A stretch of 62,636 nt of DNA, filler included. It is 10 parts of 10 records of this genome, joined end to end, with 100 filler letters (N's around TTAATTAATTAA, not from the genome) between each part and the next. Parts side by side here need not be neighbours in the genome. Positions count along the whole stretch, not along the records: positions 29,968 to 35,383 come from SRR31147125_95852; positions 35,484 to 40,808 come from SRR31147125_95886; positions 40,909 to 50,212 come from SRR31147125_96043; 7 more parts are not named here. One strand, given 5' to 3'. The position numbers and the translations under genes are program-made. This document shows, piece by piece, positions 32,329 through 43,230 of this stretch (position 1 is its first letter; each line of letters opens with the position of its first letter). The notes under the pieces are model-generated. The model saw only the letters and a list, made by a program, of their open reading frames with translations. It made no database searches and was not told the origin of the DNA.

Positions 32329-34109
32329 TGAATCCTTCCGACAAACATGACAATTTTGACGAACTGATCTCCAGTACACTCGGCCGTAACGAGCTGAAGT
32401 TCGATTTTGACAAATGGCAGCAGGACCACTCGGATTCTGTCCGCCAGTATCAATCGAAAACCCAAAACCGCAACACCACTGCGGCCAAATGGAGACTAAT
32501 CATGAAACACAAACTAACCAAATTCGCCGCGGCGGCGGCAATCATTATCGCACTGATATTTGCCATGAACCAAAACGGCGTAACGCCCGATGGTGCGACT
32601 ATCGCCTGGGCGGATGTAATGAAAAGTATTGATAATATGGAAAACGCTGTATGGATTCATACACGTATAACTTCTTCCACTGAAGAAGAAAATAAAGAAT
32701 CATGGCTTTCTTTATCTCAGAAAATACTGGCTGAAATCGATAATAGCGGGAACCTCACTTATACTAATGACGAAACAAAGATCAAGTATAAATACAACCC
32801 AAAAGACAATACAATAACTATCAGTAATGCCTTATCTTCAAGTAACGCTATGCTGGACATGCCCGAAGACCCGATAGAATTTACCAGATATTTTGTTAAC
32901 TTATTAAAGTCCATCCTCAACCCAAACAAATACAATATTAAGTCAGACAAAAAATTAAACGTCAACGGTATCATCGAATACCTGTACGAAATAACTCCAC
33001 TAGATGAGTCTAAAACTCTAACCAGATATGGAAGTATGAAGATTTCTATTGATGAGTCTGCCGGACTACTCAGAGAAATAAAGATATACGCTGACAATAC
33101 TGACTCTATTATAGATCTGACTATGACTTTTGATTATCCAGACACCGGCCCTTTAAATATTTATGAACTCGGTGCCCCTGTCGATGCCAGAGTTATAGAT
33201 AACACCAACGAACAATTAGTCGAAATCCTTGACAAATACCGTAATTCCAGGAAATCATTCCTTGATAAAAGAGTAACTAAAATAAAAAGTAAAGCATACA
33301 AATATAGTATCATTTTTCGTAATGGAGAAAAAGTTCGCATAGATAATATTTTCACTCCAAAGCCTATCCCAGAAAACATAGACGATATCCTATTAAAAGA
33401 AAGCTCAAAGTACAATCTGAATTATTTAGATAATCGTAAAAATGAGATCAGCCAATATGGCTATAACAATGATAAGATTGAAATATTTGATGGAAAATAC
33501 AATTTTGAATGGGAGTTTTCATCAGATAACAAATGGAAACTAACCGATAAAAAAGACTGTTCTAAACTACCTGGTTATAAATATGAACCGTGGGATGATG
33601 TTGTCATGCAATACTGGCCAGACCAAATATTAGAAGATAGCAGCTATAGAAGGAAAATATCTGTCATAGAGGATAATTACAGTCTGAAACATAACTTAAT
33701 ATGTATTGAAAGTCTGGAAAACGGATATAGCTATAATAGTAGGATAGCCAGGTTACCTTTACGAAGTAAGCACTACCTCAACCCGGCAAGAGATTATATA
33801 TGCCATAGGAAAGTCCTGGAATACTCACGGGATGGGCAATGGCAGCAGGATAAAGACTGGCTTAAAGATGTTATAAACAGTAATGGCTACAGTGACCAAT
33901 ACTTCATCATTACCGAAATGATTGACTACCAGCAAACCAAAACAGGCCAATGGTATCCAACCAAGATCGCAACAAAACAATATAATGATGCGTTATATGA
34001 TTGCGATACAGAATATGACCTTAAGCCAGATAAGCAAATTACCATCGTCGAAAACCCCATTATAGATGATAGCATATTCGACCCGGATCATATAATAAAT
34101 AGCAACTAA
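32328..34109 (+). CDS. Putative membrane-anchored anti-sigma factor with large extracytoplasmic region
   Basis: TAATG coupling to sigma; short cytoplasmic N-term, WRLIMK..TKFAAAAAIII TM segment, AWADV. Confidence 0.75.
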   Translation: MNPSDKHDNFDELISSTLGRNELKFDFDKWQQDHSDSVRQYQSKTQNRNTTAAKWRLIMKHKLTKFAAAAAIIIALIFAMNQNGVTPDGATIAWADVMKSIDNMENAVWIHTRITSSTEEENKESWLSLSQKILAEIDNSGNLTYTNDETKIKYKYNPKDNTITISNALSSSNAMLDMPEDPIEFTRYFVNLLKSILNPNKYNIKSDKKLNVNGIIEYLYEITPLDESKTLTRYGSMKISIDESAGLLREIKIYADNTDSIIDLTMTFDYPDTGPLNIYELGAPVDARVIDNTNEQLVEILDKYRNSRKSFLDKRVTKIKSKAYKYSIIFRNGEKVRIDNIFTPKPIPENIDDILLKESSKYNLNYLDNRKNEISQYGYNNDKIEIFDGKYNFEWEFSSDNKWKLTDKKDCSKLPGYKYEPWDDVVMQYWPDQILEDSSYRRKISVIEDNYSLKHNLICIESLENGYSYNSRIARLPLRSKHYLNPARDYICHRKVLEYSRDGQWQQDKDWLKDVINSNGYSDQYFIITEMIDYQQTKTGQWYPTKIATKQYNDALYDCDTEYDLKPDKQITIVENPIIDDSIFDPDHIINSN

Positions 34110-34131
34110 TAGCACGCACATAAAACGATAT

Positions 34132-34163
34132 AAAGCCTGCAAACTCCTCTTGCGGCTTTTTTT
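34132..34163 (+). terminator. Possible Rho-independent terminator
   Basis: AAAGCCTGCAA...TTGCGGCTTT plus T-run. Confidence 0.5.
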
Positions 34164-34343
34164 ATAATCGCTAAGGAAATAGTAACTATTCTCAAATAAT
34201 GATGAGAATTTCAGAAAAACAGGGCTTACACACAAAACCCAAGCGAAATATAAACAACTTATAAAAAGACACTTACAGTTAAAATAATCTTGAGCTGGAT
34301 TATTTCCTTTGCAAAACGCAAATCGTTTTGTAATATGCAAACA

Positions 34344-35383
34344 ATGATAAAGCGAAGCATAAAAAGTCTAATCGAGTCAAGATTAAAGCAATATCCGGCT
34401 GTCGCTATTCTGGGGCCTCGTCAATGCGGTAAAACCACCCATGCAAAATCATTGGAAGGAGTTTACTTTGACCTTGAAACAGAAGCAGGCAGAATAAAAC
34501 TGGATGCGCAATGGCCGGAAATAGTAAAATCTGACAAGCTGGTTATTCTTGACGAAGCTCAGGCGATGGCAGAGATATTCCCAAGGTTACGATCTGTCAT
34601 CGACGATGACCGCAAGAATATGGGGCGATTTATCATACTTGGTTCTGTCTCTCCTGTCTTGATGCGCCAAGTATCTGAATCTCTGGCCGGTCGCCTTGGC
34701 CTGATTGAATTGAGTCCATTTCTATTGCATGAACTACCAGAAAAGTCGGTTGATGATTTATGGCTTTATGGCGGATATCCTGACGGAGGTATCTTAAACT
34801 CCGATCAATTCCTGCGGTGGCAAAATGATTATATAACATTGCTTACCCAACGTGACCTGCCTCATTGGGGGCTTCCTGCCAAGCCAATGACAACTCAAAG
34901 ATTGTTCAGGATGATTGCCGCTATTCATGGTCAAAGCCTAAATGCCACCCAGTTGGGAAACAGCATAGGGCTAAACTACCAGACAATTAACAGCTATTTA
35001 GAATACATCCAAGGTTGTTTTGTGATCAGGATGCTTGAACCTTACTCTGCAAACATATCTAAAAGGCTTAGAAAATCGCCTAAGATATATTGGCGAGACA
35101 GTGGAATTCTTCATGCCTTGATGCAAACTCAAACTCTTGACGACCTGTTTGCACAACCGTGGGTTGGAGCCAGTTGGGAAGGATTTGTAATAGAGCAAAT
35201 CATTAACCACCTCAGGGCAAACGATAAAGTTTTCTATCCTTACCACTTAAGAACTTCTGATCAATACGAAATCGATTTGGTATTAGAAATTGGCAGCAAA
35301 ATATGTTCAGTTGAAATAAAATTGACAAGTTCGCCTGACACGCAAGACGTTAAACGTTTTAGAAAAGCTGCTCAACTGGTAAA
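34344..35383 (+). CDS. AAA+ ATPase with DUF4143 domain, 3' partial
   Basis: GPRQCGKTT, ILDEAQ, ESLAGR, GGYP, KSPKIYWRDSG, EIDLV..EIK. Confidence 0.9.
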
Positions 35384-35483
35384 NNNNNNNNNNNNNNNNN
35401 NNNNNNNNNNNNNNNNNNNNNNNNNNNTTAATTAATTAANNNNNNNNNNNNNNNNNNNNNNNNNNNNNNNNNNNNNNNNNNNN
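35384..35483. other. Artificial contig spacer
   Basis: N-TTAATTAATTAA-N. Confidence 0.99.
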
Positions 35484-36602
35484 AAAAAGCCAGGTTATCT
35501 TCCCGGGTTCCCAGGGACATCCTGAAGTATTCCGGTACCCCGAATGCCGTCCCCGGGCGGACAATAAACCCTTTGGGCAACAGGGCCTTAAAAATGTCGC
35601 TTCCGCTTTTTTGTATGTTGCCGGGCAGCTTGACAAAGAGGAAACTGGCCTGGGAGGGCGGCACCTCCATGCCCCGGTTTGTCAGTTCTTTGCGCATAAA
35701 TTCCCGCTCTTTGACCACCAGGTCCACATGGGCCTTTGCAAATTCTTTTTCTTCCAGCATATATTCGGCTGCTGCCAGGGCCTGGAAATTGACATTGAAC
35801 GGCAGTTTTACATTGTTCACCAGGTCGATGACCCCGGGCTGGGCCATAATGTACCCCACCCTGAATCCGGCCAGGCCGTATGCCTTTGAAAAGGTTCGCA
35901 GGCCGATGACCCTGGGGTCTGACTCCAGAAAGTCCCGGGTGCGGGCGGCCTCAGGATCGGTAACAAACTCTGCATAGGCCTCGTCCAGGACCACCATGAT
36001 ATGGGAGGGCAGACGGTCCAGAAAGGCGGTAAGCTCCGATTTTTTTAAAAGATCCCCTGTGGGGTTGGAGGGGGAGCAGAGCCAGACCAGCTTTACCCCG
36101 GCGTCCTCTGTACAGGTGTTGAGGACCGCCTCAAGGTCGATGCGGAGCCCCTTCAGGGGCAGGCAGATCTCCCTGGCCCCCATGAGCCTGGTGGCTGTGG
36201 AATATGCATCAAATATGGGGGTGGGAATCACGGCCTTGTCCCCGTGGTTCAGAAAGATCTGGGCAATAAGCCTGATGCATTCCTCTGCCCCGTTTCCGAA
36301 GATGAGGTTGGCCTCATTCACCCCCAGGTGTTTGGTAGCCTGGCCCTCAGACGCCTGCCGATGGCGTCGGGATACCGGTTGCCCGAGGCGACTGAATCGG
36401 CCAGGGCCCGGCCCAGACCTTCAGGCAGGTCAAAGGGGCATTCATTGGATGATAATTTGACCACCTTGCCCAAACCGAACTCCTCCTGGACTTCGAGAAT
36501 GGGTTTACCCGGGATATAGGGGGCCATCCGGGCCACATGGTCCCGGGCCAGGGATGTGAAATCAAATGATTTCGGATTTATGGGTATATTCTGTTTGCAC
36601 AT
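35484..36602 (-). CDS. hisC: Histidinol-phosphate aminotransferase, frameshift near 36335, 3' end cut
   Basis: YIPGKPI, KLSSNE, RYPD; GNGAEE, PSNPTG, DEAYAEF, RTFSKAYGLAGFRVGY. Confidence 0.9.
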
Positions 36603-36834
36603 CTTCCTGCACCTTGACATAATTAAAAAAATAAGACCCTGATATACACCCTGGCGCCCCCCTGTGTCTACCCTAAGGTTGCATAAAAATTCCTGAAACT
36701 GCATAAAAATTCTCTAAAAAGACCCAAAGCCCCCGGGGAGTGCCGGGGAAATATACCTGGGTTAAAAATTTTTGACTGCCCGGGTTTCCATGTTTAGAAT
36801 TAGGCAGTCAGATACTTATTTTGAGAGGAATGGC

Positions 36835-37926
36835 ATGACCGCCGCAGAAAAATTGAGGCAGATGACAAAAACCTTTGTGGATGTGGTCCATTCGGAAACG
36901 GGATTCGACGTCCTGATTTACGACAGGGACGGGCGTATTGTCCAGGCGACGGATGAGGCGCGGGTTAATGATCTCCATCCCCTGGCCAGAAAGATGATTC
37001 GGAGCGGGGCCGTTGATATGACGGTGACGGCCAGGGAGGCACGGGAAAATCCCCGGGTAAGGGAGGGGTACAACCGGGTGATTCGAAAAGGCCGGGACGT
37101 CATCGCAGGGTTCGGGGTCACAGGTCCCCTTGAGATCACAAGGCCCCTGGGCAGGATGGCTGCCAAAATCATAGATTCATGGCTGGATGAACTGGAACTC
37201 CACGAGGAGCTTGAGAACCGTGTCAAAGAGCGGACCTTTATCCTGAAACAGGAAATAGAGGCCCGGAAGCGTGCGGAAAAAGTCCTGGAGGAGAACCAGG
37301 CCAGGTTTCTGGCCTTTATCAAGGCCATTCCGGATATCCTCTTTGTTTTTGACCGGGACGGGCAGTATGTGGAGGTCTTTACCTCTTCCAAGGATCTGCT
37401 CACAGACGACCTGCCCAGGATGAAGGGGCAGTTTCTGAGGGATCTGCTGCCCAAGGATGTGGCAGCCCGTTATCTGAAATCCATACTGGAAACGGCGGAA
37501 ACCGGCAAAAGCTGCCATTTTGAATATGAGTTGCGTGTCCCCAAAGGCCTGTGCTGGTTTGAGAGTCATACCGCGCCCATTACGGGGCATAATAATCTGG
37601 TGGCCGTGTCGGTCCGGGATATCACCCGGAGAAAGCTGGCGGAAAAAGAGATTAATGAAAAGGATACACTTTCGGCGGTCATTGAGACGGCCGGCGCCGT
37701 AAGCCATGAATTCAACCAGCCCCTTCAGATCATTACAGGGGCCTGCGAACTCCTGGAAACCTATTCCGGGCTGGATCCCGAAATGACCCGGATCATCGGG
37801 GTCATCTCAGCCCAGGCCAAGCGCATGGGGGAGATAAATAAAAATTTGACGAATATCACCTCATACAAGACCAAAGCCTACCTCAAGACTAAAATCATCG
37901 ATATCCATCAATCCGCCGGGGATTAA
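36835..37926 (+). CDS. Sensor protein: sugar-diacid-recognition-like domain + PAS + HisKA-like helix pair, no ATPase domain
   Basis: DGRIVQATD..R...H, GFGVTGP; AIPDILFVFDRDG..RDITRRK; AGAVSHEFNQPLQ; ends before any N/G boxes. Confidence 0.75.
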   Translation: MTAAEKLRQMTKTFVDVVHSETGFDVLIYDRDGRIVQATDEARVNDLHPLARKMIRSGAVDMTVTAREARENPRVREGYNRVIRKGRDVIAGFGVTGPLEITRPLGRMAAKIIDSWLDELELHEELENRVKERTFILKQEIEARKRAEKVLEENQARFLAFIKAIPDILFVFDRDGQYVEVFTSSKDLLTDDLPRMKGQFLRDLLPKDVAARYLKSILETAETGKSCHFEYELRVPKGLCWFESHTAPITGHNNLVAVSVRDITRRKLAEKEINEKDTLSAVIETAGAVSHEFNQPLQIITGACELLETYSGLDPEMTRIIGVISAQAKRMGEINKNLTNITSYKTKAYLKTKIIDIHQSAGD

Positions 37927-38134
37927 CCCGATGAACCGCAGCAACCAGGAAAGCGTCGCGTCCCCCATTTCCCCCGGCCTGAACCGGCCTGGGATACTTT
38001 ATTCCGTCCCAGGGGCGATTTTTCATTTGCGGATCTTAATATCGGAAAATAGATGTCTTGACTTTTGGCTTTAAAACCCTCTAAGTATCCCGGATGTGAT
38101 TCAATTATTCTTAAGGATTCAGACAGGGCGGATT

Positions 38135-38893
38135 ATGAAAATTCTTATTACCAATGACGACGGATACAGGGCCGATGGTATTCTGGCCCTGTACAGGGCA
38201 TTGAGCCCGGACCATGAGGTGATTATGGCGGCGCCGGACCGGGAGCGCAGCGCCATCGGCCACGGGATCACCCTGAACCAGCCCCTGGGGTATGACCGGG
38301 TGGACCTCAACGGCGGAGGCTCGGGATTCGCCGTCACCGGCACCCCTGCGGACTGTGTCAAACTGGGGCTGTTCGAGCTTTGCGACGGGGTCCCGGATTT
38401 GGTGATTTCCGGGATTAATGCCGGATCCAATACCGGGATCAATATTAATTATTCGGGTACGGCCGGGGCGGCCAGGGAAGCCGCCCTGAACGGGATTGCC
38501 GCCCTGGCGGTTTCCCTCCAGTACGGCAGTGTGATGGATTTTTCCGGCATGGCGGATTATGTGGTCTCAATCATGGATAAGGTCTCGGCCATGGGACTGC
38601 CCCCCGGGGTGTTTCTGAATATCAACGGTCCCTGCATCCCCATGTCAGAGGTACAGGGGGTGCGCATCACCCGGCAGGCGGACAACAATCTGGCAACCGA
38701 GTTTGACCGCAGAAAGAATCCCAGGGGCAGGTTTTATTTCTGGTACCAGAATATGATGCCGGTCCGGCCTGAAGGTGACACGGATAATGATGCCCTGCTG
38801 GAAAATTATATTTCCATTACCCCCATTCAATGTGATATGACCGCCCACGGCCTGATGGCGCGGCTTGAGCAGGAAGGCTTCTCCCATTCATGA
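38135..38893 (+). CDS. surE: 5'/3'-nucleotidase SurE
   Basis: MKILITNDDG, GTPADCV, SGINAGSN, YSGTAGAAREA, ISITP. Confidence 0.96.
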   Translation: MKILITNDDGYRADGILALYRALSPDHEVIMAAPDRERSAIGHGITLNQPLGYDRVDLNGGGSGFAVTGTPADCVKLGLFELCDGVPDLVISGINAGSNTGININYSGTAGAAREAALNGIAALAVSLQYGSVMDFSGMADYVVSIMDKVSAMGLPPGVFLNINGPCIPMSEVQGVRITRQADNNLATEFDRRKNPRGRFYFWYQNMMPVRPEGDTDNDALLENYISITPIQCDMTAHGLMARLEQEGFSHS

Positions 38894-40040
38894 ATAAATC
38901 CTTTGACACCCCCGGGTTTCCCTGGTTTCCTTTGCCCATTTTGTCCATGACCTTTACACCAGTTTTTTATCCCCCCTTTTGCCCCTGATCATTGAAAAGC
39001 TTTCCCTGAGCCTGAGCCAGGCCGGGCTTTTATCCACGGTGATGCAGTTTCCTGCCCTGGCCAATCCCTTTATCGGGCTTTTTGCCGATAACCGGGGCCT
39101 GGCACGGTGGCTGGTGATCCTTTCCCCCACCCTGACCGCCCTGCCCATGAGTGTGATGGGGATAGCCCCCTCCTATGGGATGCTGCTTATCCTGGTTTTT
39201 CTGGCCGGGATTTCAGTGGCCCTTTTCCATGTGCCGGCACCGGTGCTGGTGGCCCGGTATTCCGGGAATTTTAAGGGCAGGGGCATGAGCTTTTTCATGA
39301 CCGGCGGGGAATTGGCCAGGACCCTGGGGCCCATGGTCGCCGTGGCCGGAGTCTCTCTTCTGGGGCTGGATAATTTCCATTTTATCATGGTCTTTGCCCT
39401 GGCCACATCAGTGATGCTTTACCTGACCCTGGAAAAGCCTGGGGAACAGACCTCCATACGTAAGACAGGCTCTTTACGGGCGGCGTATAAGGAAATCCGC
39501 CATGTGCTGGAGCCCCTGACCGGAATCCTGGCGGCCCGGGCCTTTATGCACGGGTCCATGGGCATGTTTCTCACCGTCTATGTGGAGCAGAAGACCAACA
39601 GCCTATGGTACGGGGGGGCGGCACTGGCTCTTTATGAGGCCCTGGGGGTCGCCGGTGTATTGTCCGCCGGCACCCTTTCCGACCGCCTGGGGCGTCAGCG
39701 GGTCTTATTCTGGGCCCTGGTGACGGCACCGGTGGCCATTCTGCTTTTTGTCATTACCTCCGGGGTATTCCAGGTGCTCATGCTGCTGGTCACCGGATTC
39801 TCGGTCTTGTCCACCACCCCTGTGATGCTGGCCCTGATCCAGGAAAACGCCCTGGACAACCCTTCTGCAGCCAACGGCCTGTTTATGATGGTCTCCTTTG
39901 CCCTGCGGTCCCTGGCCGTTGTGGTGGTGGGGGCCCTGGGAGACGCTTTCGGGCTGGATAATATGTTTATTATTTCTGCGGTGGCCGGATTTACAGCACT
40001 GCCCTTTTTAATTAGACTCAAGACAATTGTCAAAAATTAG
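38890..40040 (+). CDS. MFS transporter (Fsr-like), frameshift near 38910
   Basis: ATGA overlap with surE; AHFVHDLY upstream in frame; ALFHVPA, GTLSDRLGR. Confidence 0.88.
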
Positions 40041-40089
40041 AGGGGCCTAGGGCCGTGAATAAGGCGTATGCCCCTGAAAGGAAAATCAT

Positions 40090-40808
40090 ATGTTAGTGAC
40101 CAATAAAGATAAAATCGTGGAAATGGCTCTGGCCTGCAAGCCGGGCATGCCCCGGGTGGGCGCGGGCTGGAAGGTGGACCACCGGGGGACCCCTTTTCTG
40201 CTGCCCGGCATCGGGGGCATCACCCTCAATGTCCAGGTGGGAGATCCGGCATTCGGGCTGGCCGGGGATCATATCGAGCCCGGGGTCTCATGCACGGCCA
40301 ATGGGGAAAAGCCCAATGAATTCCCCAACAACTCCCTCCAGCTTCTTTCCTGTGTGGGCAATACGGCCAAAATCGTTTCAGGGGAGGCCAAAGGGGATAC
40401 CGGGACGGTCATCGGCCACCACGGCGGGTCCGAGCATATCATTGTGGATTTCCCAAGGGAGGTGAAGGAGAAGATGACCTATGAGGATAAGATTCTGATC
40501 ACGGCCAGGGGCCAGGGCCTGGCCCTGACCGATTATCCCCAGATCAAGCTTTTTAACCTGGATCCGGATCTTCTCCTAAAGATGAAGATTGTTGAAACCA
40601 CCTCAGGCAAACTCCGGGTGCCGGTGACCACCATGGTGCCGGCCCCCTGTATGGGATCCGGTGTGGGCCGGGCCCATGTGGGTGCCGGGGATTATGATGT
40701 CATGACCTCTGATCCGGATACGGTGCGCCAGTACCGGCTGGACCGGATGCGGTTCGGGGATTTTGTGGCCCTCATGGACCATGACAATTCCTATGGCGGG
40801 GCCTATGT
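40090..40808 (+). CDS. DUF4438-like protein, 3' partial
   Basis: [47 protein letters not shown]. Confidence 0.8.
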
Positions 40809-40908
40809 NNNNNNNNNNNNNNNNNNNNNNNNNNNNNNNNNNNNNNNNNNNNTTAATTAATTAANNNNNNNNNNNNNNNNNNNNNNNNNNNNNNNNNNNN
40901 NNNNNNNN
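40809..40908. other. Artificial contig spacer
   Basis: N-TTAATTAATTAA-N. Confidence 0.99.
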
Positions 40909-40996
40909 TTTTAGAATCTTCCGAGTGCCGGCGATCGTCCCGTTTACCTGCCTGGTTATGGACCGGTGAAATGGTACCAACGGTAATGTCAACCAT
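40909..40996 (-). CDS. Start of a hypothetical protein (MVDITVGTISP...), cut by contig end
   Basis: GGAGGTG SD upstream; open to contig edge. Confidence 0.45.
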
Positions 40997-41242
40997 GATG
41001 ACTCACCTCCTGATCCGGCATCGTGGATGTTGCCGTTCTTGATGCAACTGCCCTTTCTGTGGAAATGCTGCCGATATCGCACCCGGCAGCAATCCCAAAG
41101 TTGGCCACATGCCTTCTGGGAAAGCTCCCAATAATACCATCGGGTGAATCTCGATTTACTTTAGCGCTACCGGCAGGATTGAAGCACCGGCATCTTTATG
41201 ATAAGCCGGATCGGGCAAAATGACCCGGAGACGGATATCGAT

Positions 41243-41915
41243 ATGAAAAAAGAGAAACGGGGACTCGGAATTTTTGGCCGAAGGGTCGCTGCGCAATGGA
41301 TCTCTGGCGACCGCCTATTATCGTTTTTTGAAACGCCACCTGTTGGGGCGGGTTGAGAAGGCGGGACTGACGCCCAATCAAGTCAGCCTCATCGGTGTGA
41401 TCTTTGCTGCGGCAGTTCCTCCGGGATTCGCCGTCCATCCCTTATTAGGACTGCTGCTCCTAATCGGCTCGGCAGTGGCCGATTCGCTGGACGGCCTGAT
41501 TGCGCGTAAAAATAGCCAAGCCACCGTTTTCGGCGCATTTCTGGATGACAGTCTCGATCGCTTCGCCGACTTTCTCTATCTCGTGGGCTTCTGGGTGCTG
41601 TTCTGGGGCAGCCGGCTATGGCTCCCGGCGACCCTGTTGACCCTTTTCGCCATTGGCATGACCCTGACGGCCAGCTATATCGGCATACGGGCCGCCCTTG
41701 CGGGTATCCGTTGCCCGACCGGCATATTAGATAGAGCAACCCGCACGCTCTACCTGATCGCCTGGGCCGGCCTGATGGTATTGATCCCCGGAGCACGGCC
41801 GGCCATCCTCTGGATGGGGTTGATCTTCTTCGACCTCCTGGCACTGGCGACAGTGACCCACAGAATCTATTGGGTTCGTCGACTGTCCAATCCTGCGAGG
41901 ATGAAAAACATCTGA
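41243..41915 (+). CDS. CDP-alcohol phosphatidyltransferase (probable frameshift near 41272)
   Basis: TPNQVS; DSLDGLIAR..FGAFLDDSLDRFAD signature. Confidence 0.88.
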
Positions 41916-42067
41916 TTAGCAAACAACTGTTCTATTGCAATTCACCCTAACCTGTTCAATATTGTTTACACTCTTGGGAAACAACATCGAGAGACAGCCG
42001 TTTTTGCTGATCCGACGCTTCCCGAATAAAGAGATGCTGATTCAAGTCGTAGGTTGAAGGAGAAGAT

Positions 42068-43212
42068 ATGCGAAAAATCAAAATTGCCATTGTGGGTGTT
42101 GGCAATTGCAGCAGCGCCCTGGTCCAAGGGCTGGCATATTACAAAGAGAAATCACCAGAAGAGGCCATCGGCCTCATGCACTGGGAGATGTGCGGATACA
42201 CTCCCCGCGACATTGAAATCGTGGCGGCATTCGACATCGATCGGCGTAAAGTCGGCAAGGATGTGGCCGAAGCGATCTTTGCCGACCCCAATTGCACCAG
42301 CGTCTTCTGTAAGGATGTGCCGGCCACCGGCACCATCGTACAGATGGGGCCTGTTCTGGACGGCATCTCCGAACATATGGGAGAGTATGATGTACAGCGG
42401 TCCTTTCTGGTAGCCGATCTCCCTCAGCCGGATCAAGCCGAAATCGTCGCAACACTGATCGACTGCGGTGCCGACATCCTGCTCAACTACCTGCCGGTCG
42501 GCTCGGAGAAGGCCAGCCGCTTCTATGCTGAGTGCGCCCTCGAGGCGGGTGTCGCCTTCATCAACAACATCCCGGTCTTCATTGCCAGTGATCCCCAGTG
42601 GTCTGCCCGCTTCAAAGAGAGAGGGTTGCCCATCATCGGTGACGATATCAAATCGCAACTGGGCGCCACAATCACCCACCGGGTTTTGACCGATCTGTTT
42701 AAAAAGCGTGGTGTAAAACTCGAAAGAACCTACCAGCTCAACACCGGTGGCAACACCGATTTTTTGAACATGCTCAACCACACCCGCCTCTCTTCCAAGA
42801 AGCGCTCAAAGACAGAGGCGGTCCAATCGGTAACGGCCAGTCGCCTGCCGGATGAGAATATCCACATCGGACCCAGCGACTATGTCGCCTGGCAAAAGGA
42901 CAACAAAGTATGCTTCATTCGCATGGAGGGCCGCCTCTTCGGCGACGTCCCCATGAACCTGGAGCTGAGGCTCTCAGTGGAGGATTCACCCAATTCGGCC
43001 GGTGTCACCATCGACGCCATCCGATGCGCCAAGATCGGTCTCGATCGGGGTGAAAAAGGAGTTCTCGAAGGGCCGTCGGCCTATTTTGCAAACATCCGCC
43101 CCGCCAGGTGACCGATGACGAAGCCTACCGGCTGATCGAAGCATTCATACGCCAACATCCATCCAATATCCGGGAAATAAAAGACATTAAGGCCGCCCAA
43201 AGCGGCAGCTGA
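42068..43212 (+). CDS. ino1: myo-inositol-1(3)-phosphate synthase, frameshift near 43087
   Basis: [55 protein letters not shown]-term restored as YFCKHPP.. Confidence 0.95.
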
Positions 43213-43230
43213 CAGCTGAACCGATGGGCA

